Source: Kiritimatiellia bacterium
GTDB taxonomy: Bacteria > Verrucomicrobiota > Kiritimatiellia > RFP12 > UBA1067
DNA: 32,000 nt
Assembly: GCA_035353175.1 (NCBI GenBank)
Contig: DAOPZC010000022.1
Span: forward strand, 29,730 to 61,729
Direction of reading: 5' to 3'
The translations under genes and the position numbers were made by a program. Under the pieces are notes generated by a model. The model saw only the letters and a list, made by a program, of their open reading frames with translations, was not told where the DNA came from and searched no databases. The stretch's first letter is position 1; each line of letters opens with the position of its first letter. This document shows, piece after piece, positions 24,901 through 31,726 of the stretch.

Positions 24901-27056
24901 GGTTTGACCCGTTCGGTGGGCGAGCGTGCAATGACGTCGGCCATGACCACGGGATCGGCGCCAAGCACAGCGATCACTTCGTCCTCCGCCAGTCCGTGCC
25001 GGGCCGCGGCGAGATAGCCCAGCGCGCGCTTGACGATGACCTCGCCGTGCTCCCCGCCCCGGGACAGCCGTTGCAGGACGGTGGCGAGCAGGTCGGGCAG
25101 ACCGGACGGCAGCGGGTGGGGCTTGTGCCATGCCGGCCAGCGGGCGGCTTCCTCGGCCGCCACGCGCAGCCAGAGCGCGTTGCCCTCTACCGCGAAGGCG
25201 TCGAGGATAGGCCGGCGCTGGGCGTCGTGATCGAGCGTCCGCCCCGCCGCGTCCAGCCAGCGGTCGAGCAGCGCCGCGCCGTCAGCCGGCGCGAGCGGGT
25301 CGAGCCGGACGGTTTGCGCGCCGGGCGCGAGGCGGGCGAGGTTGCGGGAGATAGTGGCGCGTGGGTCGGCAAGTACAGCAGGACCTATGGGACTGCTGTT
25401 CTCGTGTGGCAGCGGGTTCATAGCCCCCGCTGTAAGTGCTCCGGCTTCATCGGGACCTTCAGAACCGCTGCTCTGATTATTAGCCAGCGGGCTCGTAGCG
25501 CCCGCTGTACGCGGTTCCGCCGCCGAAACGACGATGCGGACGTAAGGCGGGAGTTTCTGCGGTAGCCACGACAGAGAGGCGGCGAGGTTGGCATCGCGAA
25601 ACTGGTCGAGGGCGTCGAGGAAGAGCCGGATGGGACGTTCCGCCGTCGCCCGGCCCAGCGCCTCGTGAAAGGCATTGGTCAGAGGATTGATCTCGGTCGG
25701 GATTTCGCGTTCGTCGGGTTCCTTCTCCTTGGGTTCGCGGGACGGTCCGGAGTCAACAGGCGGGACGCCTGTTCCAATTTGTTCGACCTGGCGGGGGTAT
25801 AGTGCCCGAATCCGGGCGACCAGGTCGCGGAGCAGCTCGATCAGGTCGGACGATCCGGGAGTGACGCCGATGAAACGGGAGAGGACCTGGGGATGGTGAT
25901 CGGTTGTTTGCGTTTCGCCCTTCGCTTCGCCCCGGCATTCCGCAATCGCCTGGGCCATGAGGGCGGATTTGCCGGAGCCGGCCGGACCGACGATGGCGAG
26001 CGGCTGGTCCGGGCCGGAAGCGAGATATTCGCGAATCCGGCGCAGCGGTTCCGCGCGGCCGATGAAGCCGGCGCGGCGTTCTTCGGCGAAGTCGCGGTGC
26101 GCGGCTTCCTCCAATTCTTCCGGCGGGACTTCCTCGAGACCGGCGATCTGGGTCTCGAGGACTTGGCACAGCCGCCCGTAAACTTCCGTGGCGAACGCGG
26201 CGAGATCTGCATCGTTGAATGCGCCCTCGTCGCGCCACGGCACCTCGTAGGGATGGACGTTGGCAGGACCGAGGTGGTCATCCAGATCGGCGCACAGGAC
26301 ATCCAGCCGGCGGCGGGAGTCGGTATCCGGCGTGTCGTCGGGCATACAATCGGTAAACGCCGGATGCGGCGTTGACGGAGGATTGACGATCCGTCGGCGA
26401 AAAGCATGCACATGTTGGCGCGCATCCGTCCCGGGCAGGGCCAGCGCGCCGTGGATGATCTCCTGGTGCGTGGCGGAGAGGCCGATGGCCGTACAGCAGG
26501 CGTTGCTGGCTTGCCGATCTTCTCGCGCGGCGGTCCCGCAGGTCACGCTGCACTGCGCCAACGCGGCCAGCAGCGGCATTTCGACCTCTGCCTGCCAGAC
26601 TGCGAAATCCTCGAACCGCCCCGTTCGCGGTTGCAGCACATACTCCGCCGGCACGGCGTTATCATCCCGCCGATACCAAGCATCCAGAATCTCTGCGTTC
26701 TTTACGCTCTTTGTGGTTAATTCCCTCTCAAGCCCCTCGAATACCTCCGTCGGTATCGTCTCCGGCAGCGGTCGCCATCCATACCGGTCGCCCAGCAACA
26801 CGAGGAAATTCGGCTTGATCCGCCCCTCCTGACACCGCTTCAACTCGCGCAGACAGATCCGCATCGTGCGGTTGTCCTTGCCCGCCTCCTCGGGCACGCC
26901 CCATCGCAAGTCAATCGCCTGAAACCGCAGTCCCTTTGACAGGCAAAGCCGCTGCAGCTTAGGAAACACCTCTCGCTGCAACAGGTCACGCTCTGCCTTG
27001 AAGTCTGAGAAGGTCGAACTGACAAAAAGGCGGATAGTTCGATGAGCGGCGGACAT
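21918..27056 (-). CDS. STAND NTPase paralogue: DUF4062-like domain, NACHT module, helical region, 13 near-identical plus 1 degenerate WD40 repeats, C-terminal CxxC...CxxC zinc-ribbon-like tail
   Basis: The N-terminus 'IRLFVSSTFSDFKAERDLLQREVFPKL...FQAIDLRWGV...NFLVLLGDRYGWRPLP' is about 60% identical by eye to the 10847 gene. Walker A 'GPAGSGKS' lies at 25965-25988 and Walker B is 'IRLFLDALDQF'. The repeats follow 'LRTLEGHxxxVxSVSVSPDGRRAVSGSxDKTLRVWDLETGAC'. The tail reads 'CRCLHCGK...CPHCHG'. The start ATG at 27056 is preceded by a G-rich SD. Confidence 0.9.
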   Translation of the reverse strand: MSAAHRTIRLFVSSTFSDFKAERDLLQREVFPKLQRLCLSKGLRFQAIDLRWGVPEEAGKDNRTMRICLRELKRCQEGRIKPNFLVLLGDRYGWRPLPETIPTEVFEGLERELTTKSVKNAEILDAWYRRDDNAVPAEYVLQPRTGRFEDFAVWQAEVEMPLLAALAQCSVTCGTAAREDRQASNACCTAIGLSATHQEIIHGALALPGTDARQHVHAFRRRIVNPPSTPHPAFTDCMPDDTPDTDSRRRLDVLCADLDDHLGPANVHPYEVPWRDEGAFNDADLAAFATEVYGRLCQVLETQIAGLEEVPPEELEEAAHRDFAEERRAGFIGRAEPLRRIREYLASGPDQPLAIVGPAGSGKSALMAQAIAECRGEAKGETQTTDHHPQVLSRFIGVTPGSSDLIELLRDLVARIRALYPRQVEQIGTGVPPVDSGPSREPKEKEPDEREIPTEINPLTNAFHEALGRATAERPIRLFLDALDQFRDANLAASLSWLPQKLPPYVRIVVSAAEPRTAGATSPLANNQSSGSEGPDEAGALTAGAMNPLPHENSSPIGPAVLADPRATISRNLARLAPGAQTVRLDPLAPADGAALLDRWLDAAGRTLDHDAQRRPILDAFAVEGNALWLRVAAEEAARWPAWHKPHPLPSGLPDLLATVLQRLSRGGEHGEVIVKRALGYLAAARHGLAEDEVIAVLGADPVVMADVIARSPTERVKPEAERIKALPVAIWVRLHGDIAFYLTERRNQGASLFGFYHRSFGEAVQTYCLPDAVSRLPLHETMAGWFDGQPWLLPPSVEDGQSARAPERSDPANSRKTSELPFHLHRVAELTPGADRWDPLVDVLCDLDCVETKARSGLIYELMTDYNAALAALPEFREENERLAKRDAAMFAFNQALRDYAFVRCDWWFAKERGETRPEPPYPPLPGALRDEAQHAIPEESSLRAARLRHFANFVSGHLAPLSQFPKDVLPLAFNWADTGPVAVQAEILLPGRKLPWLKRTPQPPARPLRPQCLRTLEGNADQVNCVSVNPDGRRAVSGSNDKTLRVWDLETGACLRTLEGHRDWVNSVSVSPDGRRAVSGSADKTLRVWDLETGACLRTLEGHAHTVNSVSVSPDGRRAVSASFDKTLRVWDLETGQCLATLEGHAEWVWSVSVSPDGRRAVSGAGTLSRRDNTLRVWDLETGACLRTLEGHRIFVNSVSVSPDGRRAVSASADRTLRVWDLETGQCLRTLEGNADQVNCVSVNPDGRRAVSGSNDKTLRVWDLETGACLRTLEVHAGSFGYVSVSVSPDGRRAVSASWDKTLRVWDLETGACLRTLEVHADQVNCVSVSPDGRRAVSGGYDKTLRVWDLETCTCLRTLKGHRSFVNRLSVSPDGRLAVSSSFDNTLRVWDLETGACLRTLEVHAGSFGYVSVSVSPDGRRAVSASWDKTLRVWSLETGACLRTLEGHADYVKCVSVSPDGRRAVSGSTDKTLRVWDLETDACLRTLEVHADQVNCVSVNPDGRRAVSGSNDKTLRVWDLETGACLRTLEGHRDWVESVSVSPDGRRAVSGSNDQTLRVWDLETGACLAVYHAGFDIRFVVFSPSVKRIICRTGDGQMHFLTPVNFQPSRPSIITPARLWMFGEVRRQAEGTSVATPDRWDDHLTCRCLHCGKLFEPPEPVVEIGMEGAQEIRKGLWLPDSAYENPRLLAPCPHCHGALKFNPFVVDSAQ
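22350..24014 (-). repeat. tandem array of 13 coding repeats (126, 132 or 141 nt each) encoding WD40 blades, with long exact internal duplications
   Basis: The total length is 1665 nt (555 codons): 10 units of 42 aa, 2 of 44 aa and 1 of 47 aa. An exact repeat of ~144 nt occurs at 22751-22894 and 23135-23278. A further exact repeat of ~135 nt occurs at about 23237-23372 and 23881-24020. Confidence 0.9.
25410..25510. repeat. two direct REP copies embedded in-frame inside the NACHT-WD40 CDS
   Basis: CAGCGGGTTCATAGCCCCCGCTGTAA lies at 25410-25435 and CAGCGGGCTCGTAGCGCCCGCTGTAC at 25485-25510. They belong to the same family as the units flanking the RAYT gene. On the coding strand they translate as 'TAGAMNPL' and 'TAGATSPL'. 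Confidence 0.8.
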
Positions 27057-27057
27057 A

Positions 27058-27210
27058 CTACACCCCCCCTCGATTCTCGCGGTCGAACCAGACCTGGAAC
27101 CCGGCGGCGGCGTCCAGCCGGTTGGCGTTGAGATGCGTCCAAGCCTGGGCAAGTTCGTTTTGCGTGTTGGCGTCCATGCTGTTGCTCGTCAGGTGCGGGT
27201 TGATGAACAT
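27058..27210 (-). CDS. candidate 50-aa small ORF directly upstream of the NACHT-WD40 gene (not in the ORF track)
   Basis: My hand translation is 'MFINPHLTSNSMDANTQNELAQAWTHLNANRLDAAAGFQVWFDRENRGGV*'. About 43 of 50 codons end in G or C, matching the local coding bias. An AGGA lies 8 nt upstream of the ATG. The TAG stop is separated from the NACHT ATG by 1 nt. Confidence 0.4.
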   Translation of the reverse strand: MFINPHLTSNSMDANTQNELAQAWTHLNANRLDAAAGFQVWFDRENRGGV

Positions 27211-27292
27211 GGGGCGATATCCTAGATGTCATGCGTTCTGTGCTTGGGCTTATTCAGCTTTACGTAATCAGTTTGTTTCAAAAAGGCGCGCG

Positions 27293-29113
27293 TCACAGGT
27301 TAAGGGAGGTTTTCTTGCAGATCTTTTGTTTGACCGCGTGGAGGAAGTCGGGGATCTTGCGTACGGTCTGGCGATCATACTCCTTGATATCGTCGGGGAG
27401 TTCGTTCCAGGGCACGATGCACGCACTTATTTTTCGCTTCTTGTCGCTGATTTCGCCATAGACCCACCCGTCGAGTAAGCGTTCCGCGTTCCACCGGTTG
27501 TGCTCCATCTCAGCCAGCAATTCGACATCGGGATCTTCAAGTTCATTGACGGCTCCCCGTGGATCTTTGATGTCTGCACGTTCGAGGCCGATCGCGCGCA
27601 ACTTCATGTCGATGTGGTCGGCCTGCTGGCGGTTCGAGTCCTTGAAATACTCGAACAAGTTCTTCCAATCCTGAACGGACGGTTCATCCTCAGGTTTTTT
27701 CTTGTCTCTCTTTAACGCTGCGATTTTGTTGATTTGATAACTCGTGTGGATGGCCTGAGCGAGGGTCTCGTTCAGCTTGTTCTCGAGCAACTCGTCGCTG
27801 CAACAGTCTTCAAGCATGCCGAAGGCGTGCAACGCAGAGTCCTTGCCGGCCGTGGCGGTCTGAAAGACGGAGGCAAAGCCGGTCTTGCTGGACATGCGGA
27901 CGAACATCGGCACCTGCAAGTGCTCGAGCTTGGCTTTCATGAGCAGGGCGACTTCAAGTCCCAGCGCGTCGCGGTCGAAGCAGGCCGCAACGCTGACGAG
28001 GGTTGACGTATCGGCGCACCAGGTCTCAAGCAGCTGCCGGGCTCGAAGCGACTCCATTTCGAGCTCGTGGAACTCGATCTCGCATGTTTTCTCGAAGTTC
28101 GGATAACGGAACAGCAAGGCCTGCTTGCGCCGCTCGGCGTGCTGGTCGATGACGGAAATCTTGAGCGGTTTCCCGTTGGCGAAGTGCCCGAGTTGAGCTG
28201 CGCGCAGCGCGACGGTCCTGCCCATGCGGCCGAAGCCGAGGATCACGAGGTGGGCCTGTCGGGGCTCGTTCTTCTTGATTCCCCCGCGATCCAGGGGCGT
28301 CAGATTCGGGTTCTGCAGAAGCTTCCGCGCGGCGGTGTCAAACAGGTCGAAGAAATGGATTTCGCAGCGCGGGTCATCTCTGAACGCCTGGGATGCCTGC
28401 AACGAGGCGCGTGTGTCGATATCGCCCAGGTGGATGAAACACTTGACGGGGTCCTGAAGGAGACTTCGACCGCCTCTCTTCAGAATGAGTGCGTGGGCTT
28501 CGTTGATGATGGCCATGTTCGTGCTGTCCTCTTCGGAAAGCGCGATGACGTGACTGGCCCGGTCAACACGTGCCTTGCTCAGGGTTGCGGGTTTCAGCAG
28601 GTCTCCCGTCACCACGGTGACTCCTTTTTCCCGGCAGGCCTCGGCGCCAGCGTCATTCGCGGAGGGGGAAACAACGACCACCCGTTGTCGCCGGGGCTTG
28701 GAATGGGCCGTTTCTTTGCAGGCTTGCGGGTTGCGGTAGCATTGGACCAGCTGGAGGGTTTTGGAGCCGAGGCCACAGATGACGACGTGCCGCGGCCAGG
28801 GGATTTGAAGGCGGATCTGCCGCATCTCATCGCGGAAGAACCGGAGAAAGGTCAACACCGCTGTCATTCCAAACAGCAGGAAGGCCATCCAGCGTGCGCA
28901 TTCCAAGGTTAAGGGCATGTCATCCTGGGACACCATGTGCATGAGAAGCAGCTGGATGCTGTGGTAAAAAGCGTTCAGCCATGCTCGGGCTCCTGGCGTG
29001 GAACCGTCAGCGAACCAATAGCCGAAGGTTCCTAAAACAATCGTGATCGGTGCCCCGATGAAAACCACCCACCACTGCCATCTCGCCTTCCCGTTTCCTG
29101 ATTGGCTACTCAT
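27293..29113 (-). CDS. membrane protein: MthK-like 2TM pore module with a degenerate selectivity filter, two Rossmann/RCK (TrkA-N-like) domains, and a C-terminal RyR domain
   Basis: TM1 is 'WWVVFIGAPITIVLGTFGYWF'. The pore-helix-like stretch 'AFYHSIQLLLMHMVSQDDMP' occupies the position of 'xxTxTTVGYGD'. TM2 is 'ARWMAFLLFGMTAVLTF'. It is followed immediately by 'RHVVICGLGSKTLQLV' (compare MthK 'RHVVICGW...') and a second Rossmann motif 'HLVILGFGRMGRTVA'. The C-terminal 'ELLAEMEHNRWNAERLLDGWVYGE...KISACIVPWNELPDDIKEYDRQTV' matches the RyR pattern. The ATG at 29113 overlaps the upstream gene's stop by 8 nt. Confidence 0.75.
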   Translation of the reverse strand: MSSQSGNGKARWQWWVVFIGAPITIVLGTFGYWFADGSTPGARAWLNAFYHSIQLLLMHMVSQDDMPLTLECARWMAFLLFGMTAVLTFLRFFRDEMRQIRLQIPWPRHVVICGLGSKTLQLVQCYRNPQACKETAHSKPRRQRVVVVSPSANDAGAEACREKGVTVVTGDLLKPATLSKARVDRASHVIALSEEDSTNMAIINEAHALILKRGGRSLLQDPVKCFIHLGDIDTRASLQASQAFRDDPRCEIHFFDLFDTAARKLLQNPNLTPLDRGGIKKNEPRQAHLVILGFGRMGRTVALRAAQLGHFANGKPLKISVIDQHAERRKQALLFRYPNFEKTCEIEFHELEMESLRARQLLETWCADTSTLVSVAACFDRDALGLEVALLMKAKLEHLQVPMFVRMSSKTGFASVFQTATAGKDSALHAFGMLEDCCSDELLENKLNETLAQAIHTSYQINKIAALKRDKKKPEDEPSVQDWKNLFEYFKDSNRQQADHIDMKLRAIGLERADIKDPRGAVNELEDPDVELLAEMEHNRWNAERLLDGWVYGEISDKKRKISACIVPWNELPDDIKEYDRQTVRKIPDFLHAVKQKICKKTSLNL

Positions 29114-30023
29114 AGTCGTGTTCCTCTGCTCGTTCGCTGTTGGAGCCGGACCGTAAGACGTCGGACGGCTGAATGAAGGTGACAAATTCCCGCAGCGAGG
29201 CCGGATCATCCGGCAGGATTATACCGCGGCCGTCATTCGGGCCTGCATTGGCAACCAGGGCGGCGAAACGCTTGGGGGCGAGTTCGTCACCATCTGTCGC
29301 AGCGACGCGTGCGCCCAGCGCCCAGGCCAGCGCCAACTCCTGCGCGGAGACGACACCGCCACCGAGGCACAGAAGAGTGACTGCAGAGGGGGGAATGCCG
29401 CTGACGAACAAGTCGTTCCACATTTGAAGCGGCTCCAGAAGCGAGAAGTCGCTGCCGACGGTGCGGACGATGTGGGGGAAGTCGAACGAGGCCTCGGCAT
29501 GTGCGGGAAGGTAGCCGACCAGCTCTACGTGCGCTTTGCCAGACGCATTTGCGTGCGCGGCGCAACGCGCGGCCAGTCCACAAACCCCGGCGCCGGTGCC
29601 GCCGGTGATGAGGTAGCCTTTATACGTAGAGAGCGCGTCTTGGAGGGGCGCTTCGTACGCGGCCAGCCGGGTGCCGCTTTGCGCATCGGTGCTTCCCGCG
29701 AGGATGAGGACTTTATTGCCAGTTCGGAACGTGAACCGGCGTTCCAACGGCGCCCGCTTAAAACGTGCTCCGCGTTCTGATGTCAGGGCTTGCCGCGCCT
29801 TGATGAAGAGGTCGGAGGCCTGATCGAGCACAGGGGCAAAGGGGTGATTTGCGCCGAGAGAAGCTTTGACGCGATCGAGCGCACGACGGATATCTGTACC
29901 GGGATGGCGCGAGTTCTTGACGGCGAGGCAAAGCTCTTCAAAAGCGGCAATCTCACGCAAAAAGCGGCCGTGCTTCTCGGAGTCATCCGGAAAGGGTTGA
30001 GCATCGGTACTGATCATCTCCAA
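29106..30023 (-). CDS. SLOG-superfamily-like (LOG/DprA/TIGR00725-type Rossmannoid) protein with an N-terminal helical extension
   Basis: The two glycine-rich motifs typical of SLOG domains are present: 'YLITGGTGAGVCGLAARCA' and 'LLCLGGGVVSAQELALAWALGARV'. The start is either the TTG at 30023 (GGAG 5 nt upstream) or the ATG at 30017. The gene overlaps the downstream gene by 8 nt. Confidence 0.5.
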   Translation of the reverse strand: MEMISTDAQPFPDDSEKHGRFLREIAAFEELCLAVKNSRHPGTDIRRALDRVKASLGANHPFAPVLDQASDLFIKARQALTSERGARFKRAPLERRFTFRTGNKVLILAGSTDAQSGTRLAAYEAPLQDALSTYKGYLITGGTGAGVCGLAARCAAHANASGKAHVELVGYLPAHAEASFDFPHIVRTVGSDFSLLEPLQMWNDLFVSGIPPSAVTLLCLGGGVVSAQELALAWALGARVAATDGDELAPKRFAALVANAGPNDGRGIILPDDPASLREFVTFIQPSDVLRSGSNSERAEEHDYE

Positions 30024-30198
30024 GGATTCTCCGAGTGGGTCTTACTGTCCGTGATACTCATGCGGATATCACACGGCATCGTTCGCCGATAAAAACTGTA
30101 TGTTCAAAGAGTAATGGAAAAACCGGTAAACGACAATAAACAAAACACCCGGATCGCGTGTGCGTTTTAGGCAAGCACAGAGCTATCCTTAAGGGCGG

Positions 30199-30981
30199 TC
30201 AAACCGGGCCCACCCTCAAACGCGCGGCCGGATCCTGACGGTAGTACTGCCTGAACTCCTCGTACAGGGCAAGGTGTTCGCGCTGGAGTTCAACCGGGCG
30301 CTCGAAGAAGAGCTCCGTGACCACGGCGAAAAACTCCGCAGGTTTTGTGGTGCCGTAGGCCGAGATCAACGACGGCGTGCCCGCCGCGACATCCACTTGC
30401 AGGCGCTCGTATTCCGAAGCCAGCACCTGGGCCCAGTCTCTGTACAGGGATATGTTGTCAAGGACAGGCGAGCCGTTCATGGCGTCGTCTAAGAGGTCAA
30501 GCTGGTGTGCGAACTCGTGGAAGACCACGTTCGAGCCGTCGCCGGGCTGCTGCGCACCGGCGAGCGCGTCGGGCCAGGAGAGGGCGACCGCGCCGCCGCT
30601 GGAGGAGAGCCCCGCGACGGGAAGGTGCGTGACCGATACGATGCCCGACAGTCCTTGTTCCTCCTGTTCAAACCCGAAACTCTCCGGATATATGAGAATG
30701 CTGACCAACTTCTCATAATAATCGTGCCGGAGGTTGAGCAGCAGCAGGCATGCCTGGGCGGCAATCGTGACCTTGATCTCATCGGTGACGGTCATGCCGT
30801 TACAGCCCTCGAAATGCTTCTCGCGGATGAACACCTTGATCAGGTCGTCCAAGTGCTTGCGTTCGTCCGGATGGAGGCATCGGCAACAGGCAACGTTCCG
30901 GTCAATAATCTGCGACCATTCTTCGGGGAAAGGCTGTTGGACAAGTTCGTGCCTGCGGTGATCACGGAACGGATGAAGCAT
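30199..30981 (-). CDS. mtfA: MtfA-like zinc metallopeptidase (peptidase family M90)
   Basis: The protein contains 'FPEEW...DEIKVTIAAQACLLLLN...YPESF', the zinc motif 'HEFAHQLD', and 'YGTTKPAEFFAVVTELFFERP'. The start ATG at 30981 was chosen because the ORF-track extension overlaps the upstream gene. Confidence 0.8.
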   Translation of the reverse strand: MLHPFRDHRRHELVQQPFPEEWSQIIDRNVACCRCLHPDERKHLDDLIKVFIREKHFEGCNGMTVTDEIKVTIAAQACLLLLNLRHDYYEKLVSILIYPESFGFEQEEQGLSGIVSVTHLPVAGLSSSGGAVALSWPDALAGAQQPGDGSNVVFHEFAHQLDLLDDAMNGSPVLDNISLYRDWAQVLASEYERLQVDVAAGTPSLISAYGTTKPAEFFAVVTELFFERPVELQREHLALYEEFRQYYRQDPAARLRVGPV

Positions 30982-30997
30982 GACGGCATCTCCTGGT

Positions 30998-31726
30998 CTA
31001 ATAACGAGCGAACACCGTCCGCAGGAGCTGAGTGGTGCGGGCGGCCGGATCTTTGCGGATCCTGATTTCCTCGTCGGCGAGAATGGTGAAAAGACCGTCA
31101 ATGGCTTTTTCCGTCACAAAATCGTCCAGAGACGGGGTCTGCGGTTTGGGTACCAAGGGGATTTGCGCGTAGCGATCCAGGAGCGACTTGTAGGCACGGG
31201 CGGCGCCGGACTGATCGGTATACGTGGCGATGATCGGCTTATACAGATCCCGCAAGCGGCCGCTGGTCTTTTCACGGAAATAATCGGTGGCGGCCGTTTC
31301 TTTGCCGGCAAGGATTGCCTTGGCGTCTGCGAAGGTCATTTGTCTGATGGCTCCTACGAACACGGGTGCGGCTTGGGTCGCGGCTTGTTCTGCGGCCACG
31401 TTCATTTTCTTTTCAAAATCCTCGACGAGGGAACTGAGCCCAACGGCGCGCATGGTTTTCCCCACCGTCTGGAGTTCCCGGGGAAGGGGAATGCGGATGC
31501 GCGCATTGTTGAGGTATCCGCCGGATTTTGAGGTTTGGGTGACGGTGTTCCGGGTGCCAACAGTCAGGGCTTCTTTGAGCCCAGCAACAATCGTCTCGAC
31601 GGAAAGAGGCCCTCCGGAAGAGCTCCCCAGAAACGTCTCAAGTTTGGTGATGTTCAGACTGCCGCAGCCGGCGAGGGCGGTGGAAAGACCCGCTGCGAGA
31701 AGGCCGGCATAAAGGTTTTTTTTCAT
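30998..31726 (-). CDS. DUF4197-family lipoprotein
   Basis: The signal peptide carries a lipobox, 'LSTALAGC'. The body 'VAGLKEALTVGTRNTVTQTSKSGGYLNNARIRIPLP...' matches my recollection of DUF4197. Confidence 0.65.
   Translation of the reverse strand: MKKNLYAGLLAAGLSTALAGCGSLNITKLETFLGSSSGGPLSVETIVAGLKEALTVGTRNTVTQTSKSGGYLNNARIRIPLPRELQTVGKTMRAVGLSSLVEDFEKKMNVAAEQAATQAAPVFVGAIRQMTFADAKAILAGKETAATDYFREKTSGRLRDLYKPIIATYTDQSGAARAYKSLLDRYAQIPLVPKPQTPSLDDFVTEKAIDGLFTILADEEIRIRKDPAARTTQLLRTVFARY

Noticed and set aside
28980-29050. 'LGTFGYWF' in TM1 of the channel-like protein as a K+ selectivity filter
   Set aside because: It lies in the first transmembrane helix, not after the pore helix. The position equivalent to TVGYGD reads 'MHMVSQDD', so no canonical K+ filter is claimed.
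27000-31000. Direct repeat of the tRNA-Leu 3' end (att-like site) marking the distal island boundary
   Set aside because: I found none by eye in the candidate intergenic regions (27057-27292 and 30024-30198). A computational search is required before concluding that it is absent.
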